From NCBI GenBank assembly GCA_963833125.1, contig CAWHWX010000034.1:32001-96000 (forward strand): a stretch of DNA of 64,000 bases, written 5' to 3'. Position numbers and translations under genes: made by a program. Numbering within the stretch: position 1 is the first letter of the stretch; the number at the start of each line of letters is the position of its first letter. Origin of the DNA: Candidatus Bathyarchaeota archaeon (lineage in GTDB: Archaea > Thermoproteota > Bathyarchaeia > 40CM-2-53-6). The notes beneath the pieces were generated by a model, which had not been told where the DNA came from, made no database searches, and saw only the letters and a program-made list of their open reading frames with translations. This document shows positions 22,670 to 32,476 of the stretch, piece after piece.

Positions 22670-23698
22670 CTAAGTATGAAGGGCTCCCTTGCTTAACAAT
22701 TTGAAGCCATAATGATATGCTGCTACACCAGTTATGGGAAGTTCTAACCAAACAGTTACGAGTCTAGACAATATAGCAGCCGAAGCAGCAATAGAAACCG
22801 GGACGCCAAATAACGCTAGAACAGTAGTTACGGCAGTTTCGTAGACTCCTATCATGCCTGGAATCGCGACAGGCGTCATCTGTATCATCTTACCTATCGA
22901 AATTGTTATCATAGCCACCCAGAGCGACGCGTTTGTATCCAGTGAGACGAGTACGATCCAGAGTATTGCAACTGAGCAAATCCAATCGCCTAGGCTCGCC
23001 AGAAATGATAGTAACAAGTGCAGTTTTGACGATATCATCTCCCTGAATCCTATGTTGTACTCCGTTAGAAATTGTTCAGCCTTGCCTTCTACGACGGCTT
23101 CTTTCTGTATCAACTTAATGATCGGCCGCGCAAGCTTGAGGACGCGGTTTAGGATAGGCGCGATCTTCCTTGGGTCGAAAGAGAGATAGAGTAGCACCGC
23201 CAGCCCAGCTATTGTCAAAAAGGGGATCGAAGCTAGTTCGATTAGACCGATGGATGTCATGCCCTGGCTTAGGAGGGCGAATAGTGCGAATGCAGTCGTG
23301 GCTAGGAAGCCGAGCACGTACAGAATCCTATGAAGAACGACTGTAGAAGTGGATTCACCCAGTTTCATGCCTGTCTCCTTGGAGCCTAGGATGCACCTCG
23401 CAGCCTCCATGAAGACCCCGCTCGGCATCGTGTATACCACAAAAATGCTTGCGAGGCTTATTCCTAGACATGTTAGGAAACGCATGCGGTAACCAGCAGC
23501 TTCTATCAAGAAGTACCACGCCGTTGCATAGAATCCAAAGCCTAGCAATTGGAGTCCTACCATTAGAAGTATGACGACCGGATTGACGCTCAGAATGATT
23601 CTAACTAAGGAATCGATTCCGACATAAAACAAGAAACCGAGGAGAACCCCAAATCCAATCGCGAAACCAGCGAGGCGACTGATCGTTTCTCTTCTCAT
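22670..23698 (-). CDS. LPG-synthase TM / flippase-like membrane protein (UPF0104)
   Basis: Multiple TM helices, PVAIPGMIGVYE, R-x4-W motif. Confidence 0.85.
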   Translation of the reverse strand: MRRETISRLAGFAIGFGVLLGFLFYVGIDSLVRIILSVNPVVILLMVGLQLLGFGFYATAWYFLIEAAGYRMRFLTCLGISLASIFVVYTMPSGVFMEAARCILGSKETGMKLGESTSTVVLHRILYVLGFLATTAFALFALLSQGMTSIGLIELASIPFLTIAGLAVLLYLSFDPRKIAPILNRVLKLARPIIKLIQKEAVVEGKAEQFLTEYNIGFREMISSKLHLLLSFLASLGDWICSVAILWIVLVSLDTNASLWVAMITISIGKMIQMTPVAIPGMIGVYETAVTTVLALFGVPVSIAASAAILSRLVTVWLELPITGVAAYHYGFKLLSKGALHT

Positions 23699-23816
23699 AA
23701 TTCGCATCTCCAGTGAATTTTCGGAAGCGCCTCGAATATGACCCGGTACTCATTCACACTTATATGCATCGACCATCGCGAATGCCAAGAGACGAGAAAG
23801 TTAGAGGTCGAGTGGC

Positions 23817-25532
23817 GTGAGTGAAACGCTGACATTCGACGTCGTAATTGTTGGCTCCGGATTAGCAGGTCTCCGCGCTGCCATTGAGGCGGCACGGGTG
23901 TCAGATGGCAAAACCAGCATCGCTGTGGTAACAAAAGTTCAGGCTATGAGGTCACATTCCGTATCAGCCGAAGGTGGTACCGCCGCAGTTCTGTACCCTG
24001 ACAAGGGTGACACGTTCGAATCCCATATCTACGACACGGTCAAAGGTAGCGATTTTCTTGCCGATCAGGACGCCGTCGATTTCTTCGTACGAGCTATGCC
24101 CGCGGAGATATACCAACTTGAGCATTGGGGAATGCCTTGGTCCAGAACAGAAGACGGTAGGATAGCACAACGCAACTTCGGAGGTTACAATTTTCCACGA
24201 GCAACGTTTGCAGCCGATCGGGTTGGATTCTTCGAGATGCAGACGCTTTACGACACTACTCGCAAGTTCGAGAACATCCAGTTCCTCCAAGAATGGTTTG
24301 TTACGTCGCTGATCGTGGACCATGGCACGTTTAGAGGCTTGACAGCGATAGATATGAAGACTGGAGACTTTCATCCCTTTAACGCTAAGGCAGGGATAAT
24401 TGCCACGGGCGGAGCTGGAAGGCTTTACAGATTCGCAACTTTCGGATACTCGTCGACTCCGGATGGGCTGTCATTAGCCTACCGTGCGGGAGCGCCGATA
24501 ATGGACATGGAGTTCGTGCAATTTCATCCCACCGGACTGATTCCTTCGGGAATTCTGATTACCGAAGGAGCGTGCGGAGACGGGGCAGTATTGATCAATA
24601 AGGATGGCGAGAGGTTCATGAAGAAGTACGCACCGCAGAAGTTGGACCTCGCCTCACGTGACGTCGTATCAAGAGCAATCATAACGGAGATTCAGGAAGG
24701 CAGGGGGCTGAAGGATTCTGTGAGCGGGATGGATTATATGCTGCTCGACCTTCGGCAGTTAGGCGCTGAAAAAATCAATGAAAGACTCTCTGGGATAAGG
24801 GAGATAGCGCTAAAGTTCAAGGGAATCGATCCGATTAACGAACCTTTGCCGATAAGACCAGTGTGCCATTACATGATGGGGGGTGTCAAAACAAACATGA
24901 ACGCCGAAACGCCCATAGCCGGGCTTTGGGCCGCAGGCGAAGCCGCCTGCGTTAGCATAAACGGAGCCAACCGCCTCGGCGCAAACTCGACAGCCGAGTG
25001 CCTTGTGTTTGGCGCACAGAGCGGGGCAGGAGCAGCGAAATACGCGATGGCCCGAGAAACCAGAAGTTTAGACATGCAGTCGGTAGAACAAGATGAAAAA
25101 CGAATCTTCGATGAAATTTTACATGGAAGCGGCTCCGAGAACCCTTACGAGATCCGTAACCAAGCCCAAACAATCATGGACAAGTACGCATACGTCTACC
25201 GAAGTGGGACCGGGCTCGAACAAGGTTTGCGAGAGTTACGCGCTCTCCACAAGAGAGCGTTTAGGCATGTCGAGGATCAAGCGAAGGAGTATAATAGCAA
25301 CTTCATTAATGTGCTCGAGCTAGAATCGATGTTCGAAATATCCGAAATCATTTTGGCGGGCGGCCTCAACCGAAGAGAATCGCGGGGCGCCCATTCGCGC
25401 ATCGACTACCCAAAGAGGGACGATGAGCATTGGCTGAAGCACACTCTAGCCTACTACACAGGTGACGAGCCGCGGCTTGACTACGGGCCGGTGACAATCA
25501 CGAACTACCAACCTGCCGAGCGTCATTATTGA
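23817..25532 (+). CDS. sdhA: Succinate dehydrogenase/fumarate reductase flavoprotein
   Basis: GSGLAG, RSHSVSAEGG (covalent FAD His), QFHPT, HYMMGG, GANRLG, ESRGAH. Confidence 0.96.
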   Translation: MSETLTFDVVIVGSGLAGLRAAIEAARVSDGKTSIAVVTKVQAMRSHSVSAEGGTAAVLYPDKGDTFESHIYDTVKGSDFLADQDAVDFFVRAMPAEIYQLEHWGMPWSRTEDGRIAQRNFGGYNFPRATFAADRVGFFEMQTLYDTTRKFENIQFLQEWFVTSLIVDHGTFRGLTAIDMKTGDFHPFNAKAGIIATGGAGRLYRFATFGYSSTPDGLSLAYRAGAPIMDMEFVQFHPTGLIPSGILITEGACGDGAVLINKDGERFMKKYAPQKLDLASRDVVSRAIITEIQEGRGLKDSVSGMDYMLLDLRQLGAEKINERLSGIREIALKFKGIDPINEPLPIRPVCHYMMGGVKTNMNAETPIAGLWAAGEAACVSINGANRLGANSTAECLVFGAQSGAGAAKYAMARETRSLDMQSVEQDEKRIFDEILHGSGSENPYEIRNQAQTIMDKYAYVYRSGTGLEQGLRELRALHKRAFRHVEDQAKEYNSNFINVLELESMFEISEIILAGGLNRRESRGAHSRIDYPKRDDEHWLKHTLAYYTGDEPRLDYGPVTITNYQPAERHY

Positions 25533-25542
25533 GGGATCGATT

Positions 25543-26313
25543 TTGCGGGTCGGAGAAACATTCAAGCTGAGAGTTCGGCGCGAGAACCCAGCGACTAAGA
25601 CGGGGCCAACTTTTCAGGAGTTCGATATTCCGTACGAAGAAGGCCTGACTGTTTTGGAGGCATTGCTCCGCGCAAAGGAACATTTTGATCATTCGATTGC
25701 GATTCGATTCTCGTGCAGAATGGCGTCCTGCGGTTCATGTGGAATGCTCATCAACGGCAAACCAGGGCTTGCTTGCTATACGCAAATCAATGAAGTCTCT
25801 GCGAAGTCAATCACAGTAGCGCCGCTTGACCACTATCCGCTCGTGCGTGATCTGGTGACTGACTTTCATGGATTCTTTGACAAGCACAAGTCTGTGTCGC
25901 CGTTCCTTCTACGGCGGAACGTTGCTGAACAGGAGACTTCAAAGTCAGAATATTATCAGAGCAGCGAAGAGCTTGACAGTTTTCTCCAATTCTCATATTG
26001 CATAAAATGTGGGCTATGCAATGCCGCATGTCCCACGATGGCCAACGATTCTAAATTCATAGGGCCTCAAGCCCTCGGACAAGCCTACCGCTACGTCGCT
26101 GATTCAAGAGACGAGGGTGCCTTACAACGCCTAAAGGCCGTAGATCGGGAGCATGGCATTTGGCGGTGCCACTTTGCGGGGTCGTGCAGTTTCGTCTGCC
26201 CAAAGGGTGTTGACCCAGCATTGGCAATTCAGAAGCTCAGAGGATTGACCCTTTCTAAGGGTCGGGCAAACAGAACCGGCACTTTGCTTATGCCTGTGAA
26301 GACTGCTAACTAA
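25543..26313 (+). CDS. sdhB: Succinate dehydrogenase iron-sulfur subunit
   Basis: CRMASCGSC, CIKCGLCNAACP, CHFAGSCSFVCP. Confidence 0.96.
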   Translation: MRVGETFKLRVRRENPATKTGPTFQEFDIPYEEGLTVLEALLRAKEHFDHSIAIRFSCRMASCGSCGMLINGKPGLACYTQINEVSAKSITVAPLDHYPLVRDLVTDFHGFFDKHKSVSPFLLRRNVAEQETSKSEYYQSSEELDSFLQFSYCIKCGLCNAACPTMANDSKFIGPQALGQAYRYVADSRDEGALQRLKAVDREHGIWRCHFAGSCSFVCPKGVDPALAIQKLRGLTLSKGRANRTGTLLMPVKTAN

Positions 26314-26325
26314 GGCTGACACACG

Positions 26326-26505
26326 ATGGGTGTTGATTCAGCCTTCTTGAAGAAGGGTAACAAGCTAGACTCGATGATCGTCAAATGTGCAGTGTGCGGC
26401 AATAAGATTGATGTATACATTAACGCGATTTCTTCAGCTGGCGAGGTTTGGCCTTTCTGCGAAACCTGCAAATCATACGTAGATGTTGTCCCATCTGACC
26501 AGTGA
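26326..26505 (+). CDS. 59-aa zinc-ribbon protein (not in ORF track)
   Basis: Manual translation MGVDSAFLKKGNKLDSMIVKCAVCGNKIDVYINAISSAGEVWPFCETCKSYVDVVPSDQ; two CxxC; fills the sdhB-glyS gap. Confidence 0.65.
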   Translation: MGVDSAFLKKGNKLDSMIVKCAVCGNKIDVYINAISSAGEVWPFCETCKSYVDVVPSDQ

Positions 26506-26551
26506 AATTGGATTGTTCTAATTCACGAATTGAAGAAAAGATGATTTTGCC

Positions 26552-28315
26552 TTGGCGGGAATAGACAAATACGAATTGCTCTCGGACTTGGCAAAACGTC
26601 GAGGGTTCTTCTGGCCATCCTTTGAAATCTACGGAGGGATAAGTGGCTACCTTGACCTCGGGCCTTTAGGCTGGAAACTGAGACGACGAATAGAGGACAA
26701 ATGGCTCCAACTGTTCGCATACCGGCATGGGTATGCAGCCATATCGACTCCAGTCATTACTCCCGAGAAAGTCTTCAAGGCGTCCGGTCATGTTGAACAC
26801 TTCAAGGACTTAATGGTAAATTGCCTGCAATGTAAGAGACATTTCCGAGCCGACTACGTGATAACCGAAGCGATGCCCGCCCGAACCAACATCGCTGCAG
26901 AAGCCATGACGGCCGCAGAAATCGACGCGTTCATCACAGAAAATCTCATCCGTTGTCCAGAGTGCGGCGGCACTCTAAGCAAAGCAGAGTTCTATTCGAC
27001 CATGTTCAAGACGAACATTGGCCCCTATGGCGACGTGACGGGATATGGTCGACCCGAAGCTGCGCAAGGAATATTCGTCGACTTCAAACGCGTCTATGAA
27101 GCGAGCCGCGAAAGACTCCCGCTCGGCATCGCGCAAGTCGGCACAGTCATGAGAAACGAGATCTCCCCGAGACAGGGACCGATTAGATTGAGAGAATTTA
27201 CCATAATGGAGATGGAATTGTTCTTCGATCCGAACGAGCCTCGCTGCCCGTTCTTGGATCAAGTCAAGGAAACCGAACTGCCAATTCTCCTTGCAAGCGA
27301 GCGGGAACGGAAGAGCTCGCAGATCACACATGTCTCACCACAGGAGGCGGTGACTAAGGGCATTGTTCTTACAGAATGGATGGCTTACTTCATGGCACTT
27401 TCAATAGAGTTCGTGAAGAGCCTCGGTATACCTACTGACAAGCAAAGATTCGAAGAGAAAATGATCACAGAAAGGTCGCACTACTCCAGCCAAACTTTCG
27501 ACCATCAGATTTGGCTCGACCGTTGGGGTTGGGTGGAAATAGCCGGTCATGCCTACCGCACGGACTTCGATTTAACCGCGCACATAAAATCCTCAGGCGC
27601 TGACCTTTCGGTCTTCAAACCATATGACAACCCTATATCACGGAAAGTAAAGAGCATTGTACCCCTCGACTCCGTTCTAGGTCCATTGTTGAGGGAAAGA
27701 AGCAAGCTAGTAATCGACGCGCTAAAGTCGAGTAATCCGGACGAAGTTACGAAGGCTTTCGAGAAATTTGGTTTCTTCGAAGTTCAAGGATTCAAGATTC
27801 TTCCGACACACGTTCGTTTCGAAGAACAAACCATACGGGAGGCGGGTCGACGAGTCGTTCCGTATGTGGTGGAACCTAGCTTCGGCGCTGAGAGATTAGT
27901 GTATTCAGCGTTAGAACACGCATACACACGCTCTAAAGATCGGGTTGTGTTAAGACTTCCCAAGAGTCTAGTTCCAATTCAAGTCATGGTCTTTCCCCTA
28001 ATGGGAAAAGACGGACTTCCCGAACTAGCATCCAAGATTCAAACGCGGCTGTCGGAGAGTGGACTTGAAGTAGAATACGACGAATCAGGAACAATTGGAA
28101 GGCGCTATGCGCGAGCCGACGAAGTAGGGGTTCCACTATCGGTTACCGTCGATTACAAGTCTAAGGAGGACAAGACGGTAACAATCCGGGACCGAGATAC
28201 GTGGAAGCAGGTTCGGGGAGATTGGGAAAAACTCCCGGAAACAGTGTTACGGTTCTTCCGGGGAGAGATTGAATTCGAGGCACTCGGTAAAGCGGTTGAC
28301 ACCTCTTATGAGTAG
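26552..28315 (+). CDS. glyS: Glycine--tRNA ligase (archaeal/eukaryotic type)
   Basis: KRRGFF...YGG, ASGHV, RPEAAQGIF, RNEISPRQG, EPSFG, IGRRYARADE. Confidence 0.97.
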   Translation: MAGIDKYELLSDLAKRRGFFWPSFEIYGGISGYLDLGPLGWKLRRRIEDKWLQLFAYRHGYAAISTPVITPEKVFKASGHVEHFKDLMVNCLQCKRHFRADYVITEAMPARTNIAAEAMTAAEIDAFITENLIRCPECGGTLSKAEFYSTMFKTNIGPYGDVTGYGRPEAAQGIFVDFKRVYEASRERLPLGIAQVGTVMRNEISPRQGPIRLREFTIMEMELFFDPNEPRCPFLDQVKETELPILLASERERKSSQITHVSPQEAVTKGIVLTEWMAYFMALSIEFVKSLGIPTDKQRFEEKMITERSHYSSQTFDHQIWLDRWGWVEIAGHAYRTDFDLTAHIKSSGADLSVFKPYDNPISRKVKSIVPLDSVLGPLLRERSKLVIDALKSSNPDEVTKAFEKFGFFEVQGFKILPTHVRFEEQTIREAGRRVVPYVVEPSFGAERLVYSALEHAYTRSKDRVVLRLPKSLVPIQVMVFPLMGKDGLPELASKIQTRLSESGLEVEYDESGTIGRRYARADEVGVPLSVTVDYKSKEDKTVTIRDRDTWKQVRGDWEKLPETVLRFFRGEIEFEALGKAVDTSYE

Positions 28316-28392
28316 TGGGAACCGGTAATCTGGGCCATGGTTTAAGTTCTGATTCACACTAGTATACTTGAAAGAAACTGCGGTGCACCCAT

Positions 28393-29052
28393 GTGGCATT
28401 TCCAATAGAGACAGAAGCAAACATACGTCGTAGGATGCTGGATCTCTGTCAGACGCACGCTAGAAATGTCGTCGAGATAACCAGGCAGCTTGTGGTTCTC
28501 ATGGACAATATCGCCGAGAAGAAGACGAAGCTCGCTAAGGAAAACTATGAGGCCATGCTCAAAGCCCTTGAAGAGAACGACAAGAACAAGGCAACCTTTC
28601 TGGCAGAAGTTGCCTCAGTCGGCACGTTGCTAGTCAGCAGGGAGGATTTCCTGCGTCTGCTCTTTCGGCTTGGTGAGGTGGCTGAATATTGCGAGGCGAT
28701 GGGTTTCAGACTCATGTGCGTTGTCGATTTGAAATGGAAATTGGACACGAAGAGATTAGAAGAGGTTTCGCATCTTATGGGCTCAGTCCTGAAAGAGATA
28801 TCGAAAGTAAGAGAAACCCTTCACTCACTCTCCTTCGATGCCGATAAGGCTGTCGAGATTGCGAAAACCGTCGAGGGATTAGAACGCGAAATCGACGCTG
28901 AATCTCGCAAATTAGACTTAGAACTCATGGCAAGCAAGATGCCTATCTCATCCGTGCTATTCTTCCGAGACCTAGTCGATAGAGCAGAAAGGATCGCAGA
29001 TATCGGCGTTGACGTTGTGGATCACATCCGAGTACTCGCTCTGACTGCTTAG
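28393..29052 (+). CDS. DUF47/PhoU-like helical protein
   Basis: REDFLRL, LEREID, ERIAD...D repeats. Confidence 0.75.
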   Translation: MAFPIETEANIRRRMLDLCQTHARNVVEITRQLVVLMDNIAEKKTKLAKENYEAMLKALEENDKNKATFLAEVASVGTLLVSREDFLRLLFRLGEVAEYCEAMGFRLMCVVDLKWKLDTKRLEEVSHLMGSVLKEISKVRETLHSLSFDADKAVEIAKTVEGLEREIDAESRKLDLELMASKMPISSVLFFRDLVDRAERIADIGVDVVDHIRVLALTA

Positions 29053-29064
29053 GTAGTCTCACGA

Positions 29065-29622
29065 ATGGCAGACGTTGCGTCAGCCGAACTAATCGGCACT
29101 AGGCTGGTCGTCTGGGACTTCGCTGAAGCAGTGCGGCTCTACCGTATGGGCTTCTTCGGGAAACCAGTCGGAATTCCCAAACCTAAACCCGAGCAGGAAT
29201 TCAAAGCCCCGCTAATACTCGACCTCATGGAAGGCCTGTACCTTCTTGACCGGAAGATCATCAAAGTTACAGACGCAACGACGAATAAGTTAGTGAGCAG
29301 GGCTAAGCTGCTGAAACTGGCCAACCGCACTTACAAACAATTCAACCTAGGATATGCCGCCTACGAGAACCTCCGCGAGAAGGGGCTCATTGTGACGCCG
29401 GGGATTAGGTTCGGATCTGATTTTGCGATCTACGAACATGGCCCCGGCATCGACCACGCGCCCTTCATCGTGACTGTGAAGAAGGAGCAGGAAACAATGG
29501 GCCCCTTCGAGGTCGTTCTTGCAGGACGACTTGCAACAACGGTCCGAAAACAATTCACCATAGCGGTACCAAATCGACGCAACAACGTGGATTACCTAGT
29601 TTTCCGATGGTTCAAAGCGTAA
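29065..29622 (+). CDS. endA: tRNA-splicing endonuclease, catalytic subunit
   Basis: FGSDFAIY..GPGIDHA, GRLATTVRK (Y/H/K triad), N-terminal GFFGKPVGIPKPK loop. Confidence 0.93.
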   Translation: MADVASAELIGTRLVVWDFAEAVRLYRMGFFGKPVGIPKPKPEQEFKAPLILDLMEGLYLLDRKIIKVTDATTNKLVSRAKLLKLANRTYKQFNLGYAAYENLREKGLIVTPGIRFGSDFAIYEHGPGIDHAPFIVTVKKEQETMGPFEVVLAGRLATTVRKQFTIAVPNRRNNVDYLVFRWFKA

Positions 29623-29647
29623 GACATGCCCACCATTAAGCCGTGAG

Positions 29648-30512
29648 CTAAGTTCGCGCAGTCAGCTGCACTAGCTCCCTGTCCTTTACAAACCCCATCT
29701 TGTCTAGAAGACGCTTCATTACCTCATTGGTCGCTGGACTCCAGACGGTCAGCTTTGTTACCCCTTTTCCTTCCTTGACTAACCTATTCATCGCAGATGC
29801 TATCTCCGTGGTTGCTAACCCCGCCGCTCTGTAAAGGGGATGAGTAAAGACCTGTGCAACATTAGCTTCAACCGGAGATACTCTCGTAACGAGACATGCG
29901 CTCACCAGGTTCGGAAAAGCACCACTCGCAAAAGAGGCGCCTGAAACGTAGTCCCCAAGCTTCCCTGACATTACGTTTCTTATTACATTCTCGGTTGATT
30001 GAGCGTCGGAGTACGCGCCCTTCGGGTACGCCTCGTACATTAGGTTTGATAATGTGGGAATCTCTTTGTCGGTTGGATTCATGAGAGGAAGAATCGGCAT
30101 CATTCTCGTTTCTAATGGAGCGCGTGAAAATCTGATCAAGGGTGTCACGCTTCTCGAAACCATTAGATAGGAATGAATCCGCTTGGTCGGCCTGGGCGTT
30201 TACTTGGAGGTTTGTGATTCTCTGCATATCTTCACGTAGGGGTGCGATAACGGATTCTAACGACGTGCTTCTATCATAGCATAATCGGGATATGTTCGCT
30301 GTGGGCTCCGAAATTTCTGCTGAGAACAACGCGACTGGCCGGTCTGATGTGAGGACGTACCACGAATTTCCCAGCGAAGCTATAGCCTTGCCTACAGCTT
30401 CGGTGCTCGTCGTGTGTGCAAATGTCTGTTCCATGAAATCGTGGTCTTGGCAGACAAAACGCGCAACTGATTGTAGGACATTCGGGGAACATTTTCCGAC
30501 TTTGGTGATCAT
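29648..30512 (-). CDS. GNAT-family acetyltransferase-like protein, frameshift near 30140
   Basis: VFTHPLYRAAGLA, N..MKRLLDKMGF; two ORFs join. Confidence 0.7.
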
Positions 30513-30574
30513 GTTTCATCAGATACCTTGGAAAAACCCATATTCCTCAGTATAATCAATCCGGTCCGATTCTC

Positions 30575-30853
30575 ATGTACAGAGGGCTAGTTGTTTCCGG
30601 GGCCATCCTCGCTGTATTCGGGGGCTTCCTAGTCTTCACTGACTTCTACGTTCCGCTTGGGGTTTCCCTTTTCGGTTTGCCTATTTCGGTTGTGGGAGGA
30701 ATCATGTTTGCTCTGGGTTTATTGTGCGCAGAACCTAAGCCTCTGGAGCCTGAACCAGGTAAGAAGTTCTGCTGGTACTGTATGAAGCAAATTCCTGCGA
30801 ATGCTGCAGATTGCCCCGAATGTAGTCTACCACAGCATGACCCAAGTGATTGA
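30575..30853 (+). CDS. Small 2-TM protein with C-terminal zinc ribbon
   Basis: Two TM helices then CWYC...CPEC. Confidence 0.75.
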   Translation: MYRGLVVSGAILAVFGGFLVFTDFYVPLGVSLFGLPISVVGGIMFALGLLCAEPKPLEPEPGKKFCWYCMKQIPANAADCPECSLPQHDPSD

Positions 30854-30872
30854 TGCGGTTATCCAGTGAACA

Positions 30873-31217
30873 CTAAGTAGACTGATTCTCTTTCTTTTCA
30901 ACTGGGGAAGCTTCGTTCGGCTCTTCGCGTAGCTGGATATGCGCTTGCCCTTCCATGATTTTCCTTTGTAGAGCAGTAATCAATTCATCAATGCCGGCAT
31001 CGTCTAGACCCAATTTCCTCAACTCTGCAAGGATCTCTTCTGAAAGAGTCGCATTGATATTTGGGCCGCCATAGCCCTCCATGCCAATCGCACCAAACTT
31101 CAGGCGATTGCTTTTGTATTCAAAATATCCGGAAATGTAAGTGACTCTACCTTGCTCGTCTAAGATGTCGATATAGACCTCGAGATCATCTGGCAGTTCT
31201 GGTCGGCTCATCAGCAA
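30873..31217 (-). CDS. Hypothetical acidic protein
   Basis: 114-aa ORF that fits the gene layout. Confidence 0.65.
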   Translation of the reverse strand: MLMSRPELPDDLEVYIDILDEQGRVTYISGYFEYKSNRLKFGAIGMEGYGGPNINATLSEEILAELRKLGLDDAGIDELITALQRKIMEGQAHIQLREEPNEASPVEKKENQST

Positions 31218-31290
31218 TCAACCTAGCTGTACATTCATTCGTGGGACACACGAATATAGTTGTCTCGCTTATGCAAAACTGTGCAAGAGT

Positions 31291-32193
31291 TTGCTAAGGA
31301 AAATTGACGATCATGTTTCAATTATCGACACTGTGGCTTTAGGAAATCCTTGCGTCGTCGCGGCTTATCTTGTGTCAGGAAAAGAAAGAGCGCTAATCGA
31401 TATGGGCTACAGGTCCTCAGCTGAGGGCGTCATCAGTGATCTCGAGGAGAATGGATTAGGAACTGACAGCATCGACTACCTTCTGCCTACTCATGTGCAC
31501 CTGGATCATTCCGGAGGATGCGGCACCCTTGCCGAGAAATACCTTAACGCCTCAATCCGAGTCCATCCAAAAGGTCTGCCTCACTTAGCAAATCCGACCA
31601 GGCTGTGGGCGGGGGCGGGAGAGCTATTCGGACCACAACTTATGGAAAGATTTGGCAAGCCTCGACCGATCGAGGGGAATCGTTTGCAAGAGATTGGTGA
31701 TAATGAAGAAATTGCGCTCGGCGGAGGTTTAACCCTACGGTCCCTTTGGACTCCAGGCCATGCGCCACATCACCTAAGTTACGAACTGGAAGGAACTGGC
31801 AGTGTCGTGACAGGGGATGTGGTAGGCACAATCTATCCGAGCGTTCCAATCCTGGTCCCGACAACACCTCCGCCAAGTTTCGATCTTCAACTAGCGGTAA
31901 GATCCCTGGAACTGGTCAGAGGCACACAACCCGCAAGAATCCTGACTCCTCATTATGGCATCATGGTCGACGCGAGAAATTTGATCGTGGATAACATCCG
32001 AGTGCTGAAGGAATGGGAGTTGAAGATCAGTGGGTTGCTCAAGGATGGGGCATCTCCTGCGTGGATTACGAGAATTCTTACGGACGAAACCGCCCGTCGT
32101 GCCGGCCAATTACCAGGGATGATGCCAGACTACCTCTCTATGTCGATAAAGAACAGCGTTCTCGGGTTTGCCCGCTACCTCGAGGCTAGATGA
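31291..32193 (+). CDS. Metallo-beta-lactamase-fold hydrolase
   Basis: THVHLDHSGG, TPGHAPHH, TGD, PHYG. Confidence 0.92.
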   Translation: MLRKIDDHVSIIDTVALGNPCVVAAYLVSGKERALIDMGYRSSAEGVISDLEENGLGTDSIDYLLPTHVHLDHSGGCGTLAEKYLNASIRVHPKGLPHLANPTRLWAGAGELFGPQLMERFGKPRPIEGNRLQEIGDNEEIALGGGLTLRSLWTPGHAPHHLSYELEGTGSVVTGDVVGTIYPSVPILVPTTPPPSFDLQLAVRSLELVRGTQPARILTPHYGIMVDARNLIVDNIRVLKEWELKISGLLKDGASPAWITRILTDETARRAGQLPGMMPDYLSMSIKNSVLGFARYLEAR

Positions 32194-32476
32194 TAAGACG
32201 TAATGTATGCCGATGCTTGCCTCCAAAATGCTATGGGAAGGAGGTCGAAAACAAGCACGATGCAATTTCGTGCAAATAGAGGCCTATCTACGGGCCGAAA
32301 TTGCGACAAACAAGTTGTGCTGTTCTAGCATGTTCGTGTTTACGCCATTGAGCCGTTAAATAGTGCGAAGTAAGGAATTGTGTTAAGTCTTAAGTAACCA
32401 ATGGGCAGGTTAGCTTAGGAGTATTTCAGAAAACCGCAAATCGATTGATAATGAAACCAAATGGAGGCACTGTTCG

